From: a virus | Taxonomy: Duplodnaviria > Caudoviricetes | DNA length: 64,000 nucleotides | Direction: 5' to 3' (one strand) | IMG/VR virus record: IMGVR_UViG_3300033121_001133 | Location: 1 to 64,000 of that record | Shown here: in pieces, positions 1-8,398 of the stretch | How the letters are laid out: the number at the start of each line of letters is the position of its first letter | Numbering within the stretch: the first letter of the stretch is position 1 | Notes under the pieces: generated by a model | The model's input: only the letters and a program-made list of their open reading frames with translations | What the model was told of the DNA's origin: nothing | Databases searched by the model: none | Position numbers and translations under genes: made by a program

Positions 1-2
1 TG

Positions 3-80
3 CTAGCCTTTGGCTGCTTAGGTCTGACTTCACTAGATAAGTTTACATCACGCCCTTCCAACAAACCAGTCTCTGATTAG
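3..80 (+). CDS. 3' end of a small membrane (holin-like) protein, truncated by the window edge
   Basis: Frame 3 reads LAFGCLGLTSLDKFTSRPSNKPVSD* (TAG at 78-80): a hydrophobic segment followed by a charged tail. Confidence 0.45.
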   Translation, partial: LAFGCLGLTSLDKFTSRPSNKPVSD

Positions 81-104
81 CACGACCCCCGAAAAACTAA
101 AACA

Positions 105-659
105 ATGGCTCCAATCAAACTAAAAAACCTGATCAAGAGGGAGCAGTCTCCAGACCAACTATCAAGCCTAGCGACTCCAGATCTAAGTCAGGGTATTGGA
201 TCTGCATACAGGCTTAGAGTTAAAAATGACGTATACTTCTACGTTGTAACCAAAGCCTCAACAGGCTACACTATTAAGGACATTGTATTTAAGATTGACC
301 CTCTAGGGTTCTGCAATCAGATGCGTGGAGGCCTAACTCCGGATCAGATTGTTATGATAACGGTGGATGAGGATGAGGCTCTCTCAGCAGCACATGATCA
401 GATAGGAGCTCCTGATACTGAGCCCAAAGGTAAGAGCAAATACTACAACAACACCAGGCAGTTTGTTCGGGAGGGAGACTATATGGGCAACCCTGGTGAT
501 CAGGTATACATAACAAAACAAGGTCAGGGTGAGACAGCTCAGTACCGCCTACTAAATCTCAATCACGACCTAATCGGTATGATGTTCTCCTCTCCTGAGG
601 AGGCTCAGAAGTATGCTAGCAAGAAGAGTCTAAAGGTTATACCTAAACCGACAAGCTAA
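105..659 (+). CDS. hypothetical protein, possible internal head protein
   Basis: 184-aa ORF with an A-rich leader. The N-terminus IKLKNLIKRE resembles the KL..(I/L)xE leaders of other ORFs here. Confidence 0.6.
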   Translation: MAPIKLKNLIKREQSPDQLSSLATPDLSQGIGSAYRLRVKNDVYFYVVTKASTGYTIKDIVFKIDPLGFCNQMRGGLTPDQIVMITVDEDEALSAAHDQIGAPDTEPKGKSKYYNNTRQFVREGDYMGNPGDQVYITKQGQGETAQYRLLNLNHDLIGMMFSSPEEAQKYASKKSLKVIPKPTS

Positions 660-946
660 TGATTCTACTACAAGTGGCAGAGGTAGAGAGCTTTGGTATA
701 TTCAAAGCGTTAGCTGAGTATGGTGTGCTCGGTTTGGTTACCCTTGCGCTTGGTACTATGGTGTGGTTCTTACTACGTCGAGAAATTGCCTCCGAAGACA
801 AGCTGAGAGAGAAGGTTGAGGAGCTACAAAAGGAGCTTACTAAGTATGTGGCAGAAGATCGAGCCGAGATGATTGAAGTGTTGAAAGATACTACTGAGGC
901 CTTGAAGCATCTTGAAAGAACTATTGATAACCTTTCGCGACGATGA
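659..946 (+). CDS. holin-like single-pass membrane protein
   Basis: YGVLGLVTLALGTMVWFLL transmembrane helix then a charged coiled coil. Coupled to neighbours by TAATG and ATGA overlaps. Confidence 0.55.
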   Translation: MILLQVAEVESFGIFKALAEYGVLGLVTLALGTMVWFLLRREIASEDKLREKVEELQKELTKYVAEDRAEMIEVLKDTTEALKHLERTIDNLSRR

Positions 947-1314
947 CCAGCTCAAAACTTACTCTAGCCCTGGTTGGCTTGTTTGTGGTGATGGTACTAA
1001 TGGGGGTAGCAAGCACAGGGATCAGGCACGTAGAAGTAGTTGTCAACAACGTGGTGCTAGTCGAGCAGAATGACAGTCTAAAGAGTGAGGTGCGCCAGCT
1101 AAAAAGCAACCTAGACTCTACAAGCGTCCTTGTGATAGATTCCATCTCCAAGGCAGCTCGAACAAGTGATTCGCTCAATCAGGTGATCATATCCAAACTA
1201 GACAGCACTGAACAGAAACTAAACCATGCGGAGCTTAATAGCATTACTAATCCTTACAACACTTCCCCTTATAGGCTGGAGCCAATTGATTTACCCAGTC
1301 CAGAAGATAATTGA
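943..1314 (+). CDS. inner-membrane anchored coiled-coil protein (i-spanin-like)
   Basis: N-terminal TM helix and heptad-rich body. Its 3' end is overlapped 89 nt by a signal-peptide gene. Confidence 0.5.
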   Translation: MTSSKLTLALVGLFVVMVLMGVASTGIRHVEVVVNNVVLVEQNDSLKSEVRQLKSNLDSTSVLVIDSISKAARTSDSLNQVIISKLDSTEQKLNHAELNSITNPYNTSPYRLEPIDLPSPEDN

Positions 1315-1813
1315 GGGAGGAGATACGCTAGTGATTATGACCAAGGCTCAGGCAGATCATCTGACTGGAGCTTTGAGTGCTCAATCTGCTTACATCAAGC
1401 AGATCAAGTTGAAGCATGATAGGCTAAAGACCAATCACTTTAACCTGCTGCAGGTGTTCGAGGATTGTAGGATTGAGTTGATGCGCACCAATCACTATAA
1501 TGACTCTTTGATCAATCATCTAGGAACCAACATGGCTCTACTATACAAGATGAATGACAGTAGTGAGGTGTTCTTTGTTGATCTGAAGTATTACACTGTG
1601 GATGTGTTTCGTAATGGGACCATCTTTTTAACCTCCATGAACGAGAGAGAGCGTGGTGAGGCTAGAGTTCACATGGAAAGCTATCCAGAGTGGAAGTTTC
1701 TCAACGTAGCTAATGAGCTAGATCCCTCGCATCGAGATTTTGTTGACTATGTTCGCCTATACCCAAGCAGACATCAGAATAGATTAGACCAGGAGCTATA
1801 TTTAAGACCATAA
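1226..1813 (+). CDS. exported protein with signal peptide (spanin-partner-like)
   Basis: MRSLIALLILTTLPLIGWS|Q looks like an SPI signal peptide. It starts inside the upstream TM gene in another frame. Confidence 0.55.
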   Translation: MRSLIALLILTTLPLIGWSQLIYPVQKIIEGGDTLVIMTKAQADHLTGALSAQSAYIKQIKLKHDRLKTNHFNLLQVFEDCRIELMRTNHYNDSLINHLGTNMALLYKMNDSSEVFFVDLKYYTVDVFRNGTIFLTSMNERERGEARVHMESYPEWKFLNVANELDPSHRDFVDYVRLYPSRHQNRLDQELYLRP

Positions 1814-1823
1814 CACAGACACA

Positions 1824-2003
1824 ATGAAGAACCTTTCATACGACCAGTGGGTAGGCCTGTTCCGCCACGGACTGACTATTCTTGGAACCATCCTAGTAAG
1901 CAAAGGAGCAATGGACGACTCCAACTGGACTGTTATCTCAGGTGCTGCTCTCAGCATGGCAGCAATCATCTGGTCAGTTCGATCTAAGAGCACGACTAGT
2001 TAG
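1824..2003 (+). CDS. small two-TM holin-like protein (59 aa, below the ORF-track cutoff)
   Basis: MKNLSYDQWVGLFRHGLTILGTILVSKGAMDDSNWTVISGAALSMAAIIWSVRSKSTTS*: two hydrophobic helices, a basic C-tail and an A/C-rich leader. Confidence 0.7.
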   Translation: MKNLSYDQWVGLFRHGLTILGTILVSKGAMDDSNWTVISGAALSMAAIIWSVRSKSTTS

Positions 2004-2006
2004 ACC

Positions 2007-2038
2007 GTTGTAGGTAGCTAACCGATTGCTTATATTAA
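2007..2038 (+). promoter_or_regulatory. Bacteroidota-type early/middle promoter (GTTG-N20-TATATTAA)
   Basis: TTG at 2008-2010, 20-nt spacer, TATATTAA at 2031-2038. The same geometry recurs at 3620, 32788 and 33744. Confidence 0.55.
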
Positions 2039-2042
2039 ATCG

Positions 2043-2546
2043 ATGAGCAATCAAACCAAAGCGCTGCTTAAACAAGCCAGCGCACTTCCTTATTTAGGAT
2101 ACCTCCGAGAGCAGCTTAGTGAGGTGAGAGTGCGCGTACGTCAATGGATTCCATGGAATGGTGATTACGTCTACGAGAGCTTTCGTGAGACTCGACAGGT
2201 GGTGATTCCTATTCCTGAAGACAGTTGGAGCTTTCTTGTTGCGCTACATGAGATTGGGCATATAAGTCAAGGAGAGAGGTGTGATGCCTATCTTGATGAG
2301 TATAATGCTGAGCGGTGGGCAATCAAGAGAGCAGGGCAGCGCTACGGGATCGTTAATCTGGACTATGAGTTGGATGCACGTCACTATGTAGTAAACACCA
2401 TCATCACAGACTGCTTGCATAGAGGACTAGACCCCAACAAGATCAGACCTTATGTGCTGGACTGGATTGGGGATGGCTGGACGGTCGAGTCCGTCAAGCG
2501 AGAGTTGGAAATGATTCGCTGCCACCAGCCTACACTAACTGCCTGA
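2043..2546 (+). CDS. HExxH zinc metallopeptidase-like protein (ImmA/IrrE-like)
   Basis: Motif ALHEIGH followed by a downstream E-x-x-A (DEYNAERWA). Confidence 0.65.
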   Translation: MSNQTKALLKQASALPYLGYLREQLSEVRVRVRQWIPWNGDYVYESFRETRQVVIPIPEDSWSFLVALHEIGHISQGERCDAYLDEYNAERWAIKRAGQRYGIVNLDYELDARHYVVNTIITDCLHRGLDPNKIRPYVLDWIGDGWTVESVKRELEMIRCHQPTLTA

Positions 2547-2587
2547 TGCTCAGGGAGTTAGCTAACTAGTTGAGTATCAGGGAGTTA
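2536..2587. repeat. two tandem 25-bp dyad sites TAACT-N3-TGA-N3-TCA-GGG-AGTTA (IHF-like)
   Basis: 2536-2560 TAACTGCCTGATGCTCAGGGAGTTA and 2563-2587 TAACTAGTTGAGTATCAGGGAGTTA. Confidence 0.75.
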
Positions 2588-2775
2588 TGAAATCAAAATC
2601 TTCGATTTAAGCGTCGATCGTCTTAGCCGGGTCTGAGAGGCCCGCTCCAGCCTGAAAGCGTGTCAAAATCGAGATTTTCCACCAAAAAACGCCCCTCCAA
2701 TTGCAGGCTGAACTGCCACGGAATTCTAGCATGCTCAAAAGTTATGAACCGCTGTTGCAAGTGTGAACAAAAAAG

Positions 2776-3105
2776 GTGATGCACAAGCGCTTGAAGATCG
2801 AATACCCATTCAACACTGCTGCCAATCTGGAAGTGGAGTTTCAGCCTGGGCGATGGGCACGGGTTACTCCAAATTGGTTTAGGTCTTTTGTTGGAGTTCG
2901 CCGAATCGATGGTCAACCATACACCGGTCCGGTATTTTATGAAGGTACCAACACACTATACCATCCCTCCGAGCAAGAGTGTCATCGAATTGTGGGGATC
3001 GAAGAGCTGAACTCAGTCAAACCAAAACGTAATGCGACTCGACAAGTTAAGCTGCTTTACCCAAATAAGAGGCAGCGTAGAGACCTTAATCAAACGCCAT
3101 CCTAA
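2776..3105 (+). CDS. hypothetical protein
   Basis: 109-aa ORF (GTG 2776 or ATG 2779) abutting the next gene. Confidence 0.6.
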   Translation: MMHKRLKIEYPFNTAANLEVEFQPGRWARVTPNWFRSFVGVRRIDGQPYTGPVFYEGTNTLYHPSEQECHRIVGIEELNSVKPKRNATRQVKLLYPNKRQRRDLNQTPS

Positions 3106-3106
3106 A

Positions 3107-3439
3107 ATGCTAGCGCTAGCAGCTCTATGTCTCCTAATACTTGCTCAAAGTATGGCCTGGTTCCAGATCAATGGTCAGTTTCTATCCAAGTGGAGTAAGG
3201 AACATCCAATCACACTATCTCTGCTCGGAGTTCCAATTAGCTACCTATTCATAGTGGCCACCAAGCTGGCATTCGATGGTCTTGGCCATAAGGTATGGCC
3301 TCCTCGCCTAATAGGTGCAGCCTCTGGCGTTATAGTATTCACTCTACTCACTTACTGGCTGCTCGGAGAGTCATTGACTTGGAAGTCAGCTGTGAGTATT
3401 ATACTGTCGTTGGTGATAGTGGTACTGCAGATTGTGTAG
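3107..3439 (+). CDS. small multi-TM membrane protein (SMR/DMT-like, 4 TM)
   Basis: Likely start is ATG 3107, just after the upstream stop. Four hydrophobic helices and a LGESLTW motif as in DMT/EamA-type proteins. Confidence 0.6.
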   Translation: MLALAALCLLILAQSMAWFQINGQFLSKWSKEHPITLSLLGVPISYLFIVATKLAFDGLGHKVWPPRLIGAASGVIVFTLLTYWLLGESLTWKSAVSIILSLVIVVLQIV

Positions 3440-3480
3440 GTTTATCTTCTTACGCACTACCTATAGTATAACACAACCCC

Positions 3481-3615
3481 ATGGCAAAAATTGCTCAGAC
3501 TTCAACTAGGCTGGCCCGCCCACGTCGAAAACGCCCAGGAGTGCACGCTAAGTCAAAAACCTCTCGTAACAAGAAGTCGAGAAACTACCGCAAACCTAAT
3601 GTAGGCCAAGGCTGA
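3481..3615 (+). CDS. very basic 44-aa peptide (not in ORF track)
   Basis: MAKIAQTSTRLARPRRKRPGVHAKSKTSRNKKSRNYRKPNVGQG*. Preceded by TACCTAT (3458) and an A/C-rich leader. Confidence 0.7.
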   Translation: MAKIAQTSTRLARPRRKRPGVHAKSKTSRNKKSRNYRKPNVGQG

Positions 3616-3618
3616 CCA

Positions 3619-3650
3619 GTTGTCTGGTAGCTAATAAAGTCGTATCATTA
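3619..3650 (+). promoter_or_regulatory. Bacteroidota-type promoter (GTTG-N20-TATCATTA)
   Basis: TTG at 3620-3622 and TATCATTA at 3643-3650. The spacer shares GGTAGCTAA with the 2008 promoter. Confidence 0.5.
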
Positions 3651-3674
3651 GGTATAACCAATACCAATTACTAG

Positions 3675-4037
3675 ATGTTGATTACGTATTTGACGGCAGG
3701 ACTGGCAGCTTCCCTTCTTGGATTTGTTGTGTCAACAGCCAAGTGGCTACAAGCTAAGAACAGAATCTCAGAAGTTGAGACTGCGCTGGCAGTTGCTCGC
3801 AATTTCGCACAGCGGGAATCCAATCTCAAAGACACCTATAAGAAGGAGGCTGATGAATTGCGCGCTGTGGCACAAGTGCAGCTCGCCAAGCTGCAGGCCC
3901 AAGAGGTAAAGACTACGTCATTAGTACCTCCAACCTCTGGAGGCCCTACCCCTCTTGCTCAGAAGCAAACTCTAAATCCCAGCCAACCAAACCGGGAGTC
4001 CGGTAAGCGTGGCCCCAAGAAGAATAACAAGGGTTAA
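3675..4037 (+). CDS. membrane-anchored coiled-coil hypothetical protein
   Basis: N-terminal TM helix, coiled coil and a Pro/Lys-rich tail. Confidence 0.65.
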   Translation: MLITYLTAGLAASLLGFVVSTAKWLQAKNRISEVETALAVARNFAQRESNLKDTYKKEADELRAVAQVQLAKLQAQEVKTTSLVPPTSGGPTPLAQKQTLNPSQPNRESGKRGPKKNNKG

Positions 4038-4040
4038 CCT

Positions 4041-4502
4041 ATGAATTGCTTTCGACGGCTTATCGAGTGTAAGTTCTTGTCAGAAGCAACGCGGGAGCTT
4101 CAACAGGCTCGGGATGCTATAAGTCAAGAGACTCAGTCTATGGTAGAGGAGGAAGAGGCCTCCTCTACTCACACAGTAAATTCTCCCCTCTACTACATTT
4201 ATGGCTTAGCCTCTAGCGCTAAGAGGATATTCTACACCAATTGCATTAGACAATTTAGATTAGTAGAATCGATGCGCGACACTCTAACGGAAGAAGCTCG
4301 TCAACTGTTTTTCATTCGCATAGAGTATCTCCACTTCTTCTTCAGTAGATCTAAGTCTGTATTGGAAAGTGCGTGCACTTATGCGTACAATGTCAACGGG
4401 GAGATTCCCTACTATAAGGGTAAGCATAAGGTTGGAGGAAGGGTTTTTTACACTGCATTGATAGACACTAGATTCTCTCTAGTGCCAAATTCACCAAACT
4501 AA
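4041..4502 (+). CDS. hypothetical protein
   Basis: 153-aa ORF that fills the gap exactly. No recognisable motif. Confidence 0.4.
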   Translation: MNCFRRLIECKFLSEATRELQQARDAISQETQSMVEEEEASSTHTVNSPLYYIYGLASSAKRIFYTNCIRQFRLVESMRDTLTEEARQLFFIRIEYLHFFFSRSKSVLESACTYAYNVNGEIPYYKGKHKVGGRVFYTALIDTRFSLVPNSPN

Positions 4503-4508
4503 CTCATT

Positions 4509-4691
4509 ATGAGATACAAAGACCAGATTGACAAGGCTCTAGACGAAGCATTCGCATTGGCCACGCAGCTAAGGCAGGAGGTTGAGTCGGGTCAACCCTA
4601 CGTCACTCGTGAGTATGTTAGCGCTAAGCTACTCGACACGATTCGTAAGATTGACACGGCTTCACATCTGCTAACTCTAGAGGATGAGTAA
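4509..4691 (+). CDS. hypothetical protein
   Basis: 60-aa helical ORF overlapping the next start. Confidence 0.6.
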   Translation: MRYKDQIDKALDEAFALATQLRQEVESGQPYVTREYVSAKLLDTIRKIDTASHLLTLEDE

Positions 4692-5088
4692 TCTAGTACC
4701 ATGTAAACTTTGTGGTCAGCTAGTTAGCACTAAAGCTAAAGCGGTCACTTGCTGGCAGTGTGTTAGTGATATAGTCGAATGGCCTGAACATACCACACGG
4801 AAGAAGTCCCAGGGGTTTGCCCGCGGGTGGAAGTTTATGAAGGTATTTGTGCATGAAGATGGGCGAGTGTTTCATAAAGGAGAGGAGCAGCCTGAACTAA
4901 AGGGAACTCTTCCCCCCACTCAAATTCAAACCAAGCCTAAGAAATCAAAAGCTGAGAGAAAGCGAGATCGACAAGCGGCTCTTGCTGAGCTAGGTCAATT
5001 AAAGAAGGACCTAAAGAAGGCCACAAGAAAAACTGAGCAGAAGAAGCTGCTTAAGCGAATTAGTAAAGTTCAAAAGTTAGCCAAATGA
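4684..5088 (+). CDS. zinc-ribbon protein with basic coiled-coil tail
   Basis: CKLC...CWQC and a Lys-rich C-terminus. Confidence 0.65.
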   Translation: MSNLVPCKLCGQLVSTKAKAVTCWQCVSDIVEWPEHTTRKKSQGFARGWKFMKVFVHEDGRVFHKGEEQPELKGTLPPTQIQTKPKKSKAERKRDRQAALAELGQLKKDLKKATRKTEQKKLLKRISKVQKLAK

Positions 5089-5822
5089 GTCATCTATCAA
5101 CCGCCTACATGGCAGAGAATTACAGTAAGCTGTTACGTTTCATTGACAACTACATTACCGGAGAGCGAAAGGATAAGCTCAAGAAGTTGTACGAGGATCA
5201 CGCAGAGAGAATTGCATTCATGCCAGCCAGCGGTACAGAGCATTATCACAACTGCTTTCCTGGAGGTTATGTGGACCACGTGATTCGGGTAGTTGAAGCG
5301 GCACTAGAATTACGAGCCTTATGGTCGAGGTATGGTGCAACCTTACTTCCCACAGAAGAGGAGCTTGTATTTGCAGCTTTGAATCACGATCTTGGTAAGA
5401 TTGGAACCGAGCAAGCTCCTCAGTATATTCCCAACGACTCTGAGTGGCATCGTAAGAATCAGGGTAAGCTGTATAAGAACAATCCTGCCAATCCATTCAT
5501 GACGGTGCCAGATCGCAGCTTAAAGCTGCTAGCTGATAGGGGAATCGCAGTCAGTGAAGCAGAGTGGTATGGAATCAAGCTGCACGATGGAATGTATGAA
5601 GAGGCAAATAAAGCCTACTACGTTAGCTACGATCCTTCAAGTCGATTGCGCACCGACCTTCCTTACATCCTTCATCAAGCTGATTTGCTGGCCGCGCGGG
5701 TGGAATATGAGCAGTGGGTGGTGCGATCAACAGCTAAACCAGAAGCAAACAAACCAGCATTGGCGAGCGGTCCGGGATCCGGAGACATGAAAGCTAAATT
5801 CGACGCTCTATTTAACCAATGA
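5085..5822 (+). CDS. HD-domain phosphohydrolase (YhaM-like)
   Basis: GGYVDH...LNHDLGKIG...LHDG...ILHQADLLA gives the H...HD...D signature. Confidence 0.85.
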   Translation: MSHLSTAYMAENYSKLLRFIDNYITGERKDKLKKLYEDHAERIAFMPASGTEHYHNCFPGGYVDHVIRVVEAALELRALWSRYGATLLPTEEELVFAALNHDLGKIGTEQAPQYIPNDSEWHRKNQGKLYKNNPANPFMTVPDRSLKLLADRGIAVSEAEWYGIKLHDGMYEEANKAYYVSYDPSSRLRTDLPYILHQADLLAARVEYEQWVVRSTAKPEANKPALASGPGSGDMKAKFDALFNQ

Positions 5823-6124
5823 TCTGGCTACTAGTTCTCAGTCTACTACTTAACGGGGTGTTAGGCTACCTAGTCTACGCCAGCATTAAGAAGTACAATG
5901 CAGTCTCTGTATACTGCGAAGCCTACATTAGGCTGATCGGAGCACTCTATCTCAAAGTCATCGAAGTTAAAGACCAGTTAGCTGCTGTAGATAGGCTCGG
6001 GGCCTTCAGGGCAGATGACGAGGTGGGTTTTGTGTTTAAGGAGATAGATTCTATGGTGCACGATCTCCACAACTTTATTGTCAAGTATGTTAATGTCCCA
6101 GACCAAGAGAAAGAGAAAGCCTAA
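5819..6124 (+). CDS. membrane-anchored hypothetical protein
   Basis: N-terminal TM helix and an ATGA overlap. Confidence 0.65.
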   Translation: MIWLLVLSLLLNGVLGYLVYASIKKYNAVSVYCEAYIRLIGALYLKVIEVKDQLAAVDRLGAFRADDEVGFVFKEIDSMVHDLHNFIVKYVNVPDQEKEKA

Positions 6125-6851
6125 AGGGGAGGGTGATACTAGTAGGTATTACTTCACCTCCGCAGTCGATGAGGCTATTGTGGAGTACAATAACAGCACA
6201 GACGACTTCGAGCGTAGTAGGATTTACCAGCTAAAGATCAAGCCCGCGTTTGAGAAACTTGTAGAGTGTGTGATAAACACATTCAAGTACTACTACATAG
6301 GAGATCAAAGCATGCAGCAAGCCCAGCAAGAGGTGGTTAGCTTTCTAGTGGAGAAGCTGGGTAAGTTTAAGCCTGCTAGTGGTAAGGCCTTCAGCTACTT
6401 CAATATGATAGCTAAGCACTACTGCATCCAGCGGAATAAGGCAAACTACAGAAAGCTAACCTCACACTACACCCTAACTAGTATTGGGGACTCCGGAGTG
6501 GAGGATCGACTAGTGGACGAGGGGTATGAAGAGTCTAACTCACTTGAGAGGTTCCACAACCTGTTTGTTGATTACTGGGACAGCAATCTCGAGCGTTTAT
6601 ACTCTAAGAAGGGCGATCACTATCTAGCGTCTGCTATAATCGAGCTGTTCCGGCGTCGTAACTCATTGGAGCTATTCAACAAGAAGGCTCTCTACATCTA
6701 CATCAGAGAGGTTGCAGACATTAGCGGTGCTCCCAAGCCCACCACCACACCTCAAATTACGAGGATGATTAAGGTGATCAAAGCTAAGTACCAGGAGATG
6801 TATGCAGACTACCTACGACATGGGAACCTGATACGGAATAAACTGTACTGA
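6078..6851 (+). CDS. phage sigma factor, T4 gp55-like (late transcription)
   Basis: Sigma region-2-like KFKPASGKAFSYFNMIAKHY and an N-terminal YYFTSAVDEAIVEYN. The start may be ATG 6093. Confidence 0.6.
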   Translation: MSSMLMSQTKRKRKPKGEGDTSRYYFTSAVDEAIVEYNNSTDDFERSRIYQLKIKPAFEKLVECVINTFKYYYIGDQSMQQAQQEVVSFLVEKLGKFKPASGKAFSYFNMIAKHYCIQRNKANYRKLTSHYTLTSIGDSGVEDRLVDEGYEESNSLERFHNLFVDYWDSNLERLYSKKGDHYLASAIIELFRRRNSLELFNKKALYIYIREVADISGAPKPTTTPQITRMIKVIKAKYQEMYADYLRHGNLIRNKLY

Positions 6852-7075
6852 TGAACGTCACTCTAGCCAAGAGATCCTTGCAAACTCTAATCGAGGAGGA
6901 GATTAACGCTTGGTATCAGATTGCAGGGGGACCTAATCCCGATGCTTTTGACTTCAATCCTAGGACAACTAGTCCGGAGCAGTTACGCGAGTTAGGCTAC
7001 TATGATAATAAGGATGCTTGGATTGCCGGAGTGCGAGTCCAAGCGCTGCAGAGGTTTCTCGCCGACTTAGGGTAA
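6851..7075 (+). CDS. hypothetical protein
   Basis: 74-aa ORF with TGATG coupling. Confidence 0.55.
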   Translation: MNVTLAKRSLQTLIEEEINAWYQIAGGPNPDAFDFNPRTTSPEQLRELGYYDNKDAWIAGVRVQALQRFLADLG

Positions 7076-7101
7076 TCCTCATTCATAAACTAGCTAGTTG
7101 C

Positions 7102-7108
7102 TACTTAT
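7102..7108 (+). promoter_or_regulatory. putative late promoter TACTTAT
   Basis: Intergenic copy of the recurring TAYTTAT motif, 15 nt before ATG 7124. Confidence 0.6.
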
Positions 7109-7123
7109 AGCAAAGCCTAGTTT

Positions 7124-7498
7124 ATGGATAAGGATACAAACCTGTTTGATGATACGTCACTTGCTGACTTGATGCGCGACGTGTATAATAACAACAAGCG
7201 TAAGGACAATCAGATTAAGGAACTGATCAAGCAGCTAAGCGAGATGATTAAGGACCTCAGGGACGCGTCCTTAATCGTTCCTCTGATCAAAGAGTACCTG
7301 GAAATATCGGTTAAGAACGACGATAATCTCGTCAGACTAACTTCTATCGTGCAGCGACTTTTGGTTACGGCAGATCGCGGAAAAACGGAAGATTTAGGGT
7401 TGTCTGAGGAGGAGAGGAATCAACTTCTGATTCAGAGCAAAGAGGAGCTGCAGCAGCTTCAGGACGAAGCTCAAGAAATCCTAGACGGTACTAAATGA
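7124..7498 (+). CDS. helical hypothetical protein
   Basis: 124-aa ORF at the head of the late baseplate operon. Confidence 0.7.
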   Translation: MDKDTNLFDDTSLADLMRDVYNNNKRKDNQIKELIKQLSEMIKDLRDASLIVPLIKEYLEISVKNDDNLVRLTSIVQRLLVTADRGKTEDLGLSEEERNQLLIQSKEELQQLQDEAQEILDGTK

Positions 7499-8397
7499 GT
7501 TTGTTCTTAGGACTCGGAGACAACTACAAGGCACGGACGGCCGATAATCAAGGTAATGTCCGGCAGCAACTTGCTGTGTCTCCTGCGCAGGTACTCGACG
7601 TCTGTCTCGATGTGAATTCTCCTCTGTATAAGAGTCCAAGTGATATAGGTTGCATTCGGTTCCGGTTGATTGGAATTGGTGAGGCTTATAGTCGAGACTT
7701 TGAGGATCAAGTTACTACCATAGCCTATCCTCTAGATCGATCCTTTACTCGGTACCCCTTCCCCGGAGAGCAGGTCATTATATACTCTGCTGTAGGAGAT
7801 CTGCAGCGTAGAAGTGCTGATAGCGATCAGCTGAGCTCAATTCCGTTTTACAGTATGGTGGTGTCCTCCTTGATGAACATCACATACAACGGTCACCCTT
7901 TTATGGGGAACAACAAGAAGGTGATCCGAGAGGGTGAGGTATTATCACAGCAGGAGGCAGCTGGACGGTTTGATCAGAAGGTGGGTGATCCTAGCCTAGT
8001 CAAGGATGATGGGAATAAGGTTAAGATCTTCAAGCAGCTTCGTCCATTTGAGGGCGATTTCATCCTACAAGGGAGATTTGGTAACACAGTTAGGTTTGGA
8101 TCCACTTCCACCACTTCTAACGCTCCATGGTCTCCTACACAGGCCGGTGCACCGGGAATGTCTGGTGACCCTATAATGCTAATTAGGGTTGATCGTAACA
8201 ACACAGTTAGTTCGGAGGATATGTTCACCGTTGAGGACATCAATCAAGATGACGCCTCAATATATCTCTGCTCTAGTCAGAGAGTCGAACTTAACCTATC
8301 ATGCTCCTCGAGGATGAAAACCTGGGCTCGAACTCTTGGTGTCGAGGATCCTAGCAGTAAGGCAACTTCAGAGTTAGTTAAGTCAATACAACCTTAG
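7495..8397 (+). CDS. baseplate hub/spike (gp5/VgrG-like) N-terminal part
   Basis: OB-fold-like YPFPGEQV, then EGDFILQGRFGNTVRFGST and EDINQDDASIYL. Located in the baseplate block. Confidence 0.55.
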   Translation: MSLFLGLGDNYKARTADNQGNVRQQLAVSPAQVLDVCLDVNSPLYKSPSDIGCIRFRLIGIGEAYSRDFEDQVTTIAYPLDRSFTRYPFPGEQVIIYSAVGDLQRRSADSDQLSSIPFYSMVVSSLMNITYNGHPFMGNNKKVIREGEVLSQQEAAGRFDQKVGDPSLVKDDGNKVKIFKQLRPFEGDFILQGRFGNTVRFGSTSTTSNAPWSPTQAGAPGMSGDPIMLIRVDRNNTVSSEDMFTVEDINQDDASIYLCSSQRVELNLSCSSRMKTWARTLGVEDPSSKATSELVKSIQP

Positions 8398-8398
8398 A

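Noticed and set aside
2623-2916. 97-aa minus-strand ORF over the intergenic tract
   Set aside because: It overlaps ORF 2776 in antisense, has no recognisable features and runs against the uniform gene orientation.
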